In this document: positions 22,960 through 34,649 of the stretch, one piece after another
Position numbering within the stretch: the stretch's first letter is position 1
How the letters are laid out: every line of letters begins with the position of its first letter
NCBI RefSeq assembly: GCF_036365525.1
Contig: NC_090376.1
Coordinates: forward strand, 44,501,157-44,565,156
DNA length: 64,000 bases
Direction: 5' to 3'
Source of the DNA: Heterodontus francisci
Taxonomy: Eukaryota
The notes under the pieces: generated by a model
The model's database searches: none
Seen by the model: only the letters and a program-made list of their open reading frames with translations
Told to the model about the DNA's origin: nothing
Program-made: the position numbers and the translations under genes

Positions 22960-23720
22960 GCACAGAAGGTTGTTGATTAAATTCAATACAGACAAATGCA
23001 AAATAATGTACATTGGAAGAATGCATGACAGACACACTTATGGATGAAGTAAAGAGGATGAAAGACATATGTGAGTTATGGTAGGCTCCATATTCAGCAT
23101 GAACCAGTCGTTAAGGAGCAGAATAAATAAAGCAAATAGAATTCTGAACTCTTGTGCATCTCACACTTCCTTTGTCCCACCATTAGTGGACTTGCCTTCA
23201 GCAATCCAGGCCCTAAATTGCTCCCCGTCTCCACCTCTCCTCCTTTACGGTGCTCCTTAAAACGTACCTCTTTGACCAAGCTTTTAATCACTTGTTCTAA
23301 TATTTCCTCCTTTGGTTTGGTGTCAATTTAAAAAAAAATCTTATTACATTCCTGTGAAGCATCTTAGGACACTATATAAATGCTAGTTGTTGTTAAATTG
23401 AACCAAATCAGCCGGGTATTGTACTGAGACCATCATGTTGAAACTGCCCTGGTCAGATGCAGCCTGAGTACTGTGTTCCATTTGGTCACTAAAACACAAG
23501 GAGAAACATCCAGCCTTGAAAATTGCGCACAGAAGACTCACAGGCTGATTGCTATGGTCAGAAGACTGAGATATGAAGATAGGTTAGAAAAATTTGGACT
23601 CTTAAGCCTTGAAATATATCTTTATAGATGCCATGTATAATACAAAAAGGTAAATTCAGAATATTCAAAATTATACATCAACTGCTGAACAGGACGACAT
23701 ACGTACACACTGGTAAAAGG
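22960..23720 (+). mobile_element. Very old CR1 fragment interrupted by an L2 3' tail (about 23165-23395)
   Basis: Degenerate GAGTACTGTGTTCCATTTGG CR1 block; L2 tail CTCCTTAAAACGTACCTCTTTGACCAAGCTTTT...CTATATAAATGCTAGTTGTTGTT. Confidence 0.55.
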
Positions 23721-24504
23721 CTGGACTGGTTGTAACTGATGACTTTATGATATCTCCTTCATTGTACCTAACTGCTTCTTGAATGCTTCCAATATGCTAT
23801 CCCTAAGGCTATACCAGATATTAATCATTGTTTGTATGAATAAATGTTTTTTGACATCAAGTTGAGCACTAGCTTGGCCTGAGCAGTGTTTATTAGGTTT
23901 ATGAGGACAGATTAACCTTTGCACTGGCACGATCAAGTGCTGACAAAAGTCAGTCATTGGTACCATTCAATAAGAAAATCAACAACGTCCAACAGACCTC
24001 AAATTCATCCTTCAACTCTAGCCAGTGGTAAATCTTTTGGAACAGGTCTAACAACTATGAGACCTAGGATGTTGCTCACTTCAAGACAACTAGATGCTGC
24101 ATCGCCATACAGATTTCTATTTTGGCAACAAGACCTGACCTTGTTGAATTTTTTTAGTTGCAGTATCTACAGCAAAGATGACTAGAATTTGAATGGCTAA
24201 GCCCTGGAGGTATCTGTCTCCAGTGCTGACTGAACATATAGATCTGAGAAAACAGCTCCTATCTTTATGGATTTCACCTTAGCAATTGCTTTATGTACTC
24301 CAATAAAGCAAGTGTGGTGCAGGCTTGGCAACAGCTGCCTGTGATGGTTGAAGGAGAATGTATGCTCCACAAAATCACTTCAGATACCTTCCATTTCTGA
24401 TATGATCCACAATTTTTTTTTTATTGTCAGCACTATTAGCTTTCAGATTCGGTCTTCCTACCAAGAGAAAGAAAATTAGTTTTCACAATTGCAAATGGTG
24501 ATTC

Positions 24505-24835
24505 AAACAATTGCAGTTCCAGGCACCCTGTGCCCGATTGTCAGGGCCTCCCCCCGGTGCGCTGAGAGGCCACCAGGTATCACTGGGTGGCCTTTCAAGT
24601 CTACCAGACACCCATTTGCCACGGGCAAAATACCTGTGGAGGCAGGCGAAGGCCCTTAAGTGGCCATGATTGGTTTGGGGCGGGCAGCCCATTTCACGCC
24701 CCTCCCGCGGCCCACGTAAAATGGGGCAGAGGCGGGAGCGAGCTAGGAAGGCCTCCTGGAGCCTCTCGCTCAATTTTACGCCACCCCCTCCCCCGGTACC
24801 ATCTGGCTCGCTGGGGTGGCGTAAAATTCCAGCCC
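24505..24835. mobile_element. GC-rich end of a TIR element with a subterminal hairpin
   Basis: Ends AAAATTCCAGCCC; perfect 16-bp inverted arms AATTTTACGCCACCCC (24772-24787) and GGGGTGGCGTAAAATT (24813-24828). Confidence 0.6.
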
Positions 24836-24851
24836 ACATTTCTACCTTCAT

Positions 24852-25131
24852 AACAGCAAAATACTGTGGACGCTGGAAATCTGAAATAAAAACAGAAAGT
24901 GCTGGAAATACCCAGCAGGTCTGGGAGCATCTGTGGAGAGAGAAGCAGAGTTTATGTTTCAGGTCTGTGACCTTTCATTTTTACATTTCTACTTTCCTTC
25001 AGTTCTGAAGAGTCATATCTGACTTGAAGCGTTAACTCTGTTTCTCTCTCCACAGATGCTGCCAGATCTGAGTACATTCAGCACTTTCTGTTTTTATTTC
25101 AGACTTCCGGCATCCGCAGTATTTTGCTTTT
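24852..25131. mobile_element. Foldback element, probably an inverted Penelope-like pseudo-LTR
   Basis: About 120-bp inverted arms (GCAAAATACTG.GGA.GCTGGAAATCTGAAATAAAAACAGAAAGTGCTG and its reverse complement) with decayed hammerhead-like cores near the inner ends. Confidence 0.75.
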
Positions 25132-25659
25132 ATTATAATGTAGGTAGAGTTTGCTTGTGTATCAGATAAGGCGATTGTTTCACCCATGCTAATTACTAGT
25201 TGCTACAATTAGTAACTTATGCAACCATTATAATTACTCTGCACAAATTAGAATATCTCTTATCTTAGCAGCTTCTAAGTGTCTGAAGCAAAATCAGTGA
25301 TGAAATTAACCTACGGAATAATTTAATTTTGATAACATATCTGATGTTACTCTTAAGGTTTTTACTTTCATGTGTAAATGTTAGTGTGCTATCCAGTTAA
25401 ATTTCTGCTATTACCCTTATTCCCTCCCCACCCCCTTAAAAATTGATTCAAGGTACAATTTTGATATACTCTCAAAATGTTCGCTTACCTTTAAGCAATT
25501 CATGGGAATAGCCCAGAAAACAAAATGGGAAATATGATAACATCTTTATAAGCATGAATGGTATTCCAGTAATCCATTATTCTAGCATGCTTGATCATGG
25601 GGATTGTTACTTTTCAGACTTACTAAGACATCCTGCCTTGATGGAATGTATCATATTAT

Positions 25660-27480
25660 GGCCCGGATTTTGCAGTGGTAATGATGTCAAAATTGTCAGC
25701 ATTCCGCATCTCCACTGAAATTGACAGCAACTTCAGAAATCTGCACATGCGCAGAATAAAGCTGAAATGCAGAAGTTGCTGTCAGCGAATCTATGCTCCT
25801 CCAGAGGGTGCTCTGTTGAGGCTCCCCAGACTGCAATCCGCAAGCAGTGAATTCAGGGACAGAAAGAGGCCATTCGGCCCATCGAATCCATGCCAGCTCT
25901 CTGTACAGCAATCCAGTCAATCCCAGTTCCTGACTCTATCCCTGTAGTCTGCAAGTTTACTTTCCTCCAGGGCCCATCCAATTTCCTTTTGAAATCATTG
26001 ATCGTCTCTACTTCCACTGCCCTCATTGCCAGTGGGTTCCAGGTCATTACCACTCACACTGCCCTGCAGCACAGCACAGCCACCCACCAACCCCCCCCAC
26101 TCCCCCCCGCCATCTCATGCCAAAACCTTAAATCTCCAGCCCTAGTCTTTGTGCAATCAGCTAATGGGAACAACCTTGCTTTATCTATCTTATCTAAACC
26201 CATCATAATCTCGTATACCTCTATCAAATCCCCCTAAATCTCCTCTGCTCCAAGGAGAACAACCCCAGCTTCTCCAACCTACCTTGTAGCTAAATTCCCT
26301 TATCCCTGGAACCATTTTGGTAAATCTCCTCTATGCCCTCTCAAGGACTTACATCTTTCTTAAAGTGTGGTGACCTGACGTGGATGCAATACATCAGCTG
26401 TCGCCTAACCAGAGCTTTATAAAGATTCAGCATAACTTCCCTACTTTTGTACTCAACACCTCTATTTATGAAGCTCAGGATCCCATATTACTCAATATGC
26501 TCTGCCACCTTCAAAGATCTATGCACATGAACCCCCAGGCCCCTCTGTCCCTGCACACTCTTTAGAAAAGTGCTATTAAGTCTATACTGCCTCTCCCTAT
26601 CCCTTCTGCCAAAATACATCACCTCACACGTCTCTGTATTAAATTCCATCTGCCACGTCTGCCCATTCTGCTAGCCTATCTATGTCCTGTTATTGTCGAT
26701 TGGTATCATCCTCACTGTTTGCCACATCTTCAAGTTTGGTATCAGCAAATATTGAAACTCTCGATTCCAATATCCAAGTCATTTATGTAGATCAAAAAAA
26801 GCAGTGGTCCTAGCACTAAAACTTGGGAACACTACTGTCTACCATTCTCCAGTCTGACAAACATCCATTTACTTTACAATGCCTCGCTGTTTTCTGTCCA
26901 TAAGCTGATTTTTTATCCAAGCAGACACTGACCCTCCTGTTCCATGAGCCTCAATTTTGTTAATCAGCCTTTTATGTGGTACTTTGTCAAATACTTCCTT
27001 AAAATCCATATAGACAACATCCACCGCATTCAATCTTATGTTACTTCATCAAAAATTCAATTAGATTAATCATACATGATATGCTTTTTGCAAATCCGTG
27101 CTGGCTCTCCTTAATCAACTCAAACGTCTCCCAAGTGCCTGTTGACTTTTTCCCCTGATTATTGTTTCTAAAACCAAACCCATCACTGATGTTAAACTAA
27201 CCAGCCTGTAGTTACTAGGAATGTCCTTACACACTTTCTTCAATAAGTGTGTCACATGTCACTCTTGAATCCTCGTCTTGCAGTAAAAACTCTTGAAAAG
27301 GTTACACCTTGTTCAATGAAGCATAATTGTATTTTTAAGTGTACCAAGCTCATAATTACAGCTAAACACCCTCACTAGCCCTGAAAAGACAATGTTATGT
27401 CTGCAAAATGTCAATTTTCTCCATGGTAAAAAAGCCGCATATTTTTAAAATGTTTTTTAAGTTTATGATATTTTAGCTTT
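25660..27480. mobile_element. MITE of the 20409-21044 family in opposite orientation, split by a CR1
   Basis: Starts GGCCCGGATTTTGC; 27275-27425 is the reverse complement of 20750-20900. Confidence 0.55.
25853..27272 (-). mobile_element. CR1 LINE 3' fragment
   Basis: CR1 3' UTR (CATTCGGCCCATCGA) at the left end; degenerate RT motifs to the right. Confidence 0.85.
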
Positions 27481-27943
27481 TTAACTTTTCAGACCTCAGG
27501 CTTCTGTGGCACCTTTGCTGTCCCATCTGGGTCTCTGTCATCTTTCTCCATAGGGTATATACCAAATTTTAATTTTTCACTTTTTTTTGTTCTTCAAAAA
27601 GTTTTTAACCTCTGTCACACATCCCTCCCTTATCCTCTTATGCTTTCTCACATCTCCCCTTTCTTCCTCCACACTTCTGTTTCAACCTCTCCACTCTTCC
27701 TGCATCTATTCCCCAGTTCTGCTCCAGCTGAGGTTACCACAATTGTCTCACTGGCTGCAGTAGTACAGGCACTTTCTCTAGATTTCAGTTCTGCAGTTGA
27801 AATGTCAGTGCCTGATCTATCTTACTAATAGGAGCCTGATCATTAACAAACCTATTTTCGGTTTTAACTGAAAACAGATTAAAAATGTAATTCATAGCTC
27901 ACAAAGATAATTTCGCATTTATGATTCAAAATAATTCTTCATT

Positions 27944-28640
27944 TGTTACGGTCAGGTGGTAAGGGGTGTGGGTGGTTCTCACTGTTCATCTCACAACTGA
28001 CTACAATCGTGTTTTGTCTAAAATGATGAATTAGCCCAAGTGTTTTTAGGGTCATATAAACAGATAAAGGACAGATTTTCTTGTAGGGTTAAAACAGAAG
28101 ATTAACTATTTATTGAAAAATATTCATTCCTGAAATGTTCGCTACACCACTCTCGCACGCATTTACTCTCACACGCACTCTCAAGGGAAGGTAGATAGAA
28201 GGTAAAGGGTTAGAGTTCAAGGTGTAGTAGGTGTTCGTGGTTTATGGTAAACCTGTTGAATCTTGTAAGTAGGACAGTCTATTTTAAAGGTTCAGGCCTG
28301 GGTGTTTGTAGTCTTGAACATGTTGAGGTGTTTCAGACTGGAGGTGGCGGTCACTTTCAGTTCCCTGCTGCACCAAGTTGAAGTGTAGAATTAGCAACAG
28401 GGCTTCTTCTCGTTTAGGCGAGATCTTTCCACAGCCTCTGGCTGGACTGCCTTCTGTGATCTCCCTCCTTCTCTCTCCAAAGGGTTACCTTTTAAGGCCA
28501 AATTCCATCAAATTAGAGTTTCTGTTAGTTGACTCATGGCCTTCTCTCCTGGTATGACCACACAATGGACCAGGATGTGGAATCAATAGTCATCTATTAA
28601 CATTTGAATGGGTACTATTCTGTTATGATGTGTCTACTTC
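27944..28640 (-). mobile_element. Partial LTR related to the 3288-4191 LTR
   Basis: Begins TGTTACGG on the plus strand; its reverse complement matches the 3' half of 3288-4191 (CAATAAATAGTTAAT.TTCTGTTTTAA). The right boundary is uncertain. Confidence 0.55.
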
Positions 28641-30653
28641 ACACATCTTGCAGCACATTGAAATTGATTTCTGCTTTTAGAAAGTGTACAAAGAGTCCAC
28701 ACTGAATAAAGTTTGTATCTTAAAAGTAGAATATGATATGTCTTTACTGGGGCATGACACATTTATTAAAAATATTGGGTATAGCACATACTTCCTACCC
28801 AATTTCTGTAATGCTTTTTATACAAAGTATAATGGGAAATCCATATACAAACAAGACAATATTTTATAACAGGAAAACTATATGTAAACAAGTCACCATC
28901 ATGGTTTTGGTGATGAACCAATTGGAATCACTGAAAATCATCTTTGGAAGTCACTCACCATTCTTTTCTCAGACAATGAAATTTTTAATATTCAAAATAA
29001 GGTTGAAAACAAAGTAAATTCATAAATTTATGTATATCACAACAGCATGATTACATTTATCCACTGAATTGTCTTTTGTTTGGTTTCACGCCATGACGTT
29101 TTTACTTGTAGGTTTCAGCCGTACCCAAGCTAGAGCACGGACATGATATTTTTGCTCAGTGCAGAGACTCTAAATTAAAGGAAAGTTCCGAGGAGGTGCA
29201 TTAAGCTGAAGGAGAGAAAAACAGAACTAGAGTTCTCATTCTAATTTTATTTTCTTTAATTAGCTGAAATTTGAAAATAAAAATGGATCTAATTATTATC
29301 TGCACTTTGTTGATACTTCGAAAAGGTAAACATTCAAATTGATAACAAATGTGAAAGTCAGATGGACAGATACCCGGGATGGGCAGGGGGGGGGGGGGGG
29401 GGCACAGAGAGTGGGAAGCAAAGTGAAGAGAAAGCAAGGCGCAAGAAGAATAAAATTTCAGAGATGTAATTTCAGAAACCAAATCACAGAACAGAAAATG
29501 TTATGTTTGCAAAGAGCTTTTAGAAAGATGCCCACCCCAGTACTATCAGGTACCTGTCTGCACTTTCAGCTCATTTGCTCCCTTTCCATAGTTCTGCCAA
29601 ACACCACATTCTCCTCTATAGACCAAGGGTCTTCCCGTGCTGGCAAATCTCAGCAGTATGATCACAGTGCTGCCAAACTTCAGGACTCCAAACTTGTCAG
29701 TGCTACCAAGGCCAAAGGCAATATCCAGGCGTAAAAAAAAAATTCAGGACCACCTCCAATCCCATCAAAGTGCAGGACTGTGCCCAGTGTTGCTAAACCC
29801 CACTTCCCCCTACACAGTAATGTTAAATGCCAAACATTAACTCAATCTGGTATATCTTGCATGCCATCCTGTGTATTGAGCTTTGAAACTTATAAAAGGG
29901 CAAAATAAAATACATAAGTACAACTCATTTATGATTTTCACAGAACAATGGACTGTCATGGAATTTGAACCTCAAAACATCAGTAAAAATTCCAGAACAC
30001 CACTTAATACAAATCTAATCTGACTTCTAGTTACAGTAAATGAGGGGACCAGATATTACCCTTTACATGGCATAAACATCCTCTGATTCTCTGTGAGCAT
30101 CACCAGAGCGGATCTGCTAGTACACAAAAAAAAATCTCCCTCAGACTGCGGTGTAAAAAAATCAGCTTATCTCATTGCTAAAATAGCAGGTATTCTTTGA
30201 AGTCAAGGTCAAAGCACTACTTTATATTTTTTATTCCACATTGTGTTGAGAGAGTGCTTCTTTTTTTGTAAAATATGTTTTTAAGGACTTATAGTTAAAT
30301 TATGGACATCGATTCATCTGGAAGCTTGAAGAGATGCTAAACTTGGTGTTTTTTTTTAAAAAAAAGGTCAACTGAAGGTTCCGGACTTGGCTTGTAAACA
30401 AGCTCTTACTGGAAAGTACCTGTTTTCAGATAAAATACCAACAGGGAGCTTGTTTGACTTGAAGATGCTTACAGAGAAGTGACAGGTCAAAATTTATAGG
30501 AGTCAGGAAGCTTGATTCTTGTGACACTGTTTTGGTTTCACTTTGGATAGTGAGTTGGAGTGTGAACTGCTTGGAAGACTGTTGGTTTTTGCCTGCCAAG
30601 GAAACCCAGCTCATCTCTTTCTCTCCCTTTTAAAGAAACCCTGTGTGTCCAGT

Positions 30654-31382
30654 GGAAAAGTCCTGGGGAAAATTGATGTACAGAGAGATTTGGGTGTTCA
30701 GGTCCATTGTTCCCTGAAGGTGGCAACGCAGGTCAATAGAGTGGTCAAGAAGGCATACGGCATACTTTCCTTCATCGGACGGGGTATTGAGTACAAGAGT
30801 TGGCAGGTCATGTTACAGTTGTAAAGGACTTTGGTTCGGCCACATTTGGAATACTGCGTGCAGTTCTGGTCGCCACATTACCAAAAGGATGTGGATGCTT
30901 TGGAGAGGGTGCAGAGGAGATTCACCAGGATGTTGCCTGGTATGGAGGGCGCTAGCTATGAAGAGAGGTTGAGTAGATTAGGATTATTTTCATTAGAAAG
31001 ACGGAGGTTGAGGGGGGACCTGATTGAGGTGTACAAAATCATGAGAGGTATAGACAGAGTGGATAGCAAGAAGCTTTTTCCCCAGAGTGGGGGATTCAAT
31101 TACAAGGGGACACGAGTTCAAAGTGAAAGGGGAAAAGTTTAGGGGGGATATGCGTGGAAATTTCTTTATGCAGAGGGTGGTGGATGCATGGAACGCTTTG
31201 CCAGCGGAGGTGGTAGACGCGGACACGATAGCGTCTTTTAAGATGTATCTAGACAGATACATGAATGGGGAGGAAGTAAAGAGATACAGACCCTTAGAAA
31301 ATAGGCGACAGGTTTAGATAGAGGATTTGGATCGGCGTAGGCTTGGAGAGCCTGTTCCTGTGCTGTAATTTTCTTTGTTCTT
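30654..31382 (+). mobile_element. CR1/HER1 3' fragment
   Basis: [20 protein letters not shown] and FFMQRVVDAWNALP; flanked by an imperfect TGTGTC(C)AGT duplication. Confidence 0.9.
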
Positions 31383-31816
31383 TGTGTCAGTCTCCTTTTT
31401 TCCTCCTGTATTTGAAGAAACCCTGCGTATCAAACGTGTGGGAACTGAAACCCTTGCTGCCGCTTTTCAGCTGTAAGGCCTATCTGAAACCTCTGTTGCT
31501 GAATTTCTTGGAAAGCCTACCCAAACTGATCTTCAACATCAACTGGAAAGAATGTTTTAGTGACAGCCATCTATACGCATTTAGGACACCAAAATAAAAC
31601 AAAGAAAATCTTTCCATATCTTTTCTTTCTTCTTCAAGAATTAGCTAGTATTTAACCGAAGTGTTTTTTGTCTGTTTTTTGTAATAGAGCTCTAAAACGC
31701 AAATCCCTTTATTTTTCTGGTTAATCGGTATATATATGTATGTGTGAGGGGCTAAAGTAAAAAGGGAATTTTAATATTTCAATTTGTGTGTTTATGCTTT
31801 ACCTCATTACAGGTTA

Positions 31817-34170
31817 GAACATAGAACATAGAAAATACAGCACAGAACAGGCCCTTCGGCCCACGATGTTGTGCCGATCCTTTGTCCTCTGTCAAGGACA
31901 ATTTAATCTATACCCCATCATTCTCCTTTATCCATATACCTATCTAAAAGCCGTTTGAAAGTCCCTAAAGTTTCTGACTCAACAACTTCCCCAGGCAAGG
32001 CATTCCATGCCCCGACCACTCTCTGGGTAAAGAACCTTCCCCTGACATCCCCCCTATATCTCCCACCCTTCACCTTAAATTTATGACCCCTTGTAACGCT
32101 TTGCTCCACCCGGGGAAAAAGTTTCTGACTGTCTACCCTATCTATTCCCCTGATCATCTTATAAACCTCTATCATGTCACCCCTCATCCTTCTCCGTTCT
32201 AACGAGAAGAGGCCTAGAATGTTCAGCCTTTCCTCGTAAGACTTATTCTCCATTCCAGGCAACATCCTGGTAAATCTCCTCTGCACCCTCTCCAAGGCTT
32301 CCACATCCTTCCTAAAATGAGGCGACCAGAACTGCACACAGTACTCCAAATGAGGCCTTACCAAGGTCCTGTACAGCTGCATCATCACCTCACGGCTCTT
32401 AAATTCAATCCCTCTGCCAATGAACGCTAACACCCCATATGCCTTCTTCACAGCCCTATCCACTTGAGTTGCAACTTTCAACGATCTATGCACATAGACC
32501 CCAAGGTCTCTCTGCTCCTCCACATGCCCAAGAACCCTACCGTTAACCCAGTATTTTGCATTCGTGTTTGTCCTTCCAAAATGGACGACCTCACACTTTT
32601 CAGGGTTAAACTCCATCTGCCACTTTTCAGCCCAGCACTGCAACCTATCCAAGTCCCTTTGCAGACGACAATAGCCCTCCTCGGTATCCACAACTCCACC
32701 AACCTTTGTATCATCTGCAAATTTACTGACCCACCCTTCGACTTCCTCATCCAAGTCGTTAATAAAAATCACAAACAGGAGAGGACCCAGAACTGATCCC
32801 TGTGGCACGCCACTGGTAACTGGGCTCCAGGCTGAGTATTTACCATCTAAGACCACTCTCTGCCTTCTATCAGTTAGCCAATTCTTAATCCAACTGGCCA
32901 CATTCCCCACTATCCCATGCCTCCTGACTTTCTCCATAAGTCTACCATGGGGGACCTTATCAAATGCCTTACTAAAATCCATGTACACCACATCCACTGG
33001 TTTACCCTCATCCACTTGCTTGGTCACCTGCTCAAAGAATTCAATCAGGCTTGTGAGGCAAGACCTACCCCTCACAAAACCGTGCTGACTGTCCCGAATC
33101 AAGCAGTGTCTTTCCAGATGCTCAGAAATCCTATCCCTCAGCACCTTTTCCATCAACTTGCCTACCACCGAAGTAAGACTAACTGGCCTGTAATTCCCAG
33201 GGTTGTTCCTATTCCCTTTCTTGAACAGGGGCACAACATTTGCCACCCTCCAATCACCTGGTACCACCCCCGTCAACAGAGAAGATGAAAAGATCATTGC
33301 CAGCGGCTCTGCAATTTCATCCCTTGCTTCCCATAACATCCTTGGATATACCCCGTCAGGCCCGGGAGACTTGTCTATCTTCAAGTTATTCAAAAACCCC
33401 AACACATCTTCCCTCCTAACGAGCACTTCCTCGAGCTTACCAGTCTGTTTCACACCGTCCTCTTCAGTAATACACCCCTTCTCATTCGTAAATACCGAAG
33501 AGAAGTACTCATTCAAAACCTCACTTATCTCTTCCGGCTCAACACACAGTCTCCCGCTATTGTCCTTGACCGGACCTACGGTCCCCCTAGTCATCCTCAT
33601 ATTTCTGACATACGCGTAAAAGGCCTTGGGGTTTTCTTTTATCCTACCCGCCAAGCATTTTTCATGCCCTCTCTTAGCTCTCCTAATCCCTTTCTTCAGA
33701 TCCTTCCTGGCCATCTTGTATCCCTCCAGAGCTATGCCTGTGCCCTTTTTCCTCAACCTTATATACGCATCCTTCTTCTTCCTAACAAGACTCTCAACCT
33801 CTCTTGTCAACCACGGTTCCCTCACATGACCATCCCTTCCCTGTCTGACAGGGACATGCTTATCAATGGCCCCTACTATCTGCTCCTTGAAAAAGTTCCA
33901 CATTTCGACCGTGCCCTTCCCTGCCAGCATATGCTCCCAACTTATGCTCCTCAGTTCCTGCCTGACAGCATCATATCTACCCTTCCCCCAATTGTAAACC
34001 TTGCCCTGTTGCACATACCTATCCCTCTCCATTACCACAGTGAATGCTACAGAATTGTGATCACTATCTCCAAAGTGCTCGCCCACCAACAGCTCTATCA
34101 CTTGCCCTGGTTCATTACCTAGTACCAAATCCAATATTGCCTCCCCTCTGGTCGGGCAGTCTACATACTG
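31817..34170 (-). mobile_element. Young 5'-truncated CR1/HER1 LINE
   Basis: Uninterrupted ORF2 from the EN C-terminus to the stop; 3' UTR GGCCGAAGGGCCTGTTCTGTGCTGTA shared with the HE1 tail; (TTCTATG)n end. Confidence 0.97.
31918..34170 (-). CDS. CR1 ORF2 fragment (EN C-terminus plus complete RT); open frame but no native start
   Basis: 738-aa ORF track entry extends upstream as QYVDCPTRGEAI; motifs GDSDHN, DFSKAFD, GVPQGS, FADD. Confidence 0.85.
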   Translation of the reverse strand, partial: QYVDCPTRGEAILDLVLGNEPGQVIELLVGEHFGDSDHNSVAFTVVMERDRYVQQGKVYNWGKGRYDAVRQELRSISWEHMLAGKGTVEMWNFFKEQIVGAIDKHVPVRQGRDGHVREPWLTREVESLVRKKKDAYIRLRKKGTGIALEGYKMARKDLKKGIRRAKRGHEKCLAGRIKENPKAFYAYVRNMRMTRGTVGPVKDNSGRLCVEPEEISEVLNEYFSSVFTNEKGCITEEDGVKQTGKLEEVLVRREDVLGFLNNLKIDKSPGPDGVYPRMLWEARDEIAEPLAMIFSSSLLTGVVPGDWRVANVVPLFKKGNRNNPGNYRPVSLTSVVGKLMEKVLRDRISEHLERHCLIRDSQHGFVRGRSCLTSLIEFFEQVTKQVDEGKPVDVVYMDFSKAFDKVPHGRLMEKVRRHGIVGNVASWIKNWLTDRRQRVVLDGKYSAWSPVTSGVPQGSVLGPLLFVIFINDLDEEVEGWVSKFADDTKVGGVVDTEEGYCRLQRDLDRLQCWAEKWQMEFNPEKCEVVHFGRTNTNAKYWVNGRVLGHVEEQRDLGVYVHRSLKVATQVDRAVKKAYGVLAFIGRGIEFKSREVMMQLYRTLVRPHLEYCVQFWSPHFRKDVEALERVQRRFTRMLPGMENKSYEERLNILGLFSLERRRMRGDMIEVYKMIRGIDRVDSQKLFPRVEQSVTRGHKFKVKGGRYRGDVRGRFFTQRVVGAWNALPGEVVESETLGTFKRLLDRYMDKGE

Positions 34171-34649
34171 AGACTTGTTTTATAATAAACAGATAATTTT
34201 GTTGTTTATTAAAGAAACTTGGTGTGTTTTATTCTGGAGTAAAAATAGAGTCTATGATTGATTGTATCGGTAAGTGAGAAAAAATTTAAATATATGTTGT
34301 GACCCATGGAGAAGTGGAACGAGAATAAACAGTGCACTCCTCCCGCCTCAGTCGTAACAGTTGGGATGTGGACATTGCTGCCCTTGAGGTGGTCAGGGTG
34401 GGCCTTCTTCTTGAACCACTCTGTAGTGGTTTAATATAATTGAGTGGCTTGTTAGGTCACTTCAGAGGGCAGTTATGAGTCAACCATGTAGGTGTAGCCG
34501 GACTGGCTAAGGACAGGTTTCTTTAAAAATTCAACAATTTTTTTTATTCTTGGGATGTGAGCATCATTGGCAAGGCCAATATTTATTGCCCATCCCTAAC
34601 TGTCCTTGAGAAGGTGGTGGTGAGCTGCCTTCCTGAACTGCTGCAGTTC

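Larger units (their letters stand above)
30244..34359 (+). mobile_element. Solo LTR containing two CR1 insertions
   Basis: TGTTGAGAGAGTGC...GTCGTAACA; flanks ATTG and GTTG (one-mismatch 4-bp TSD); homologous to 36907-40093. Confidence 0.75.

Noticed and set aside
29205-29232. GCTGAAGGAGAGAAAAACAGAACTAGAG resembling RPAC2 AEGERKTALE
   Set aside because: Wrong strand for the gene, needs a frameshift, and is followed by AT-rich sequence with no further similarity.
32464-34122. Several 110-152 aa plus-strand ORFs
   Set aside because: Antisense shadows of the intact CR1 ORF2.
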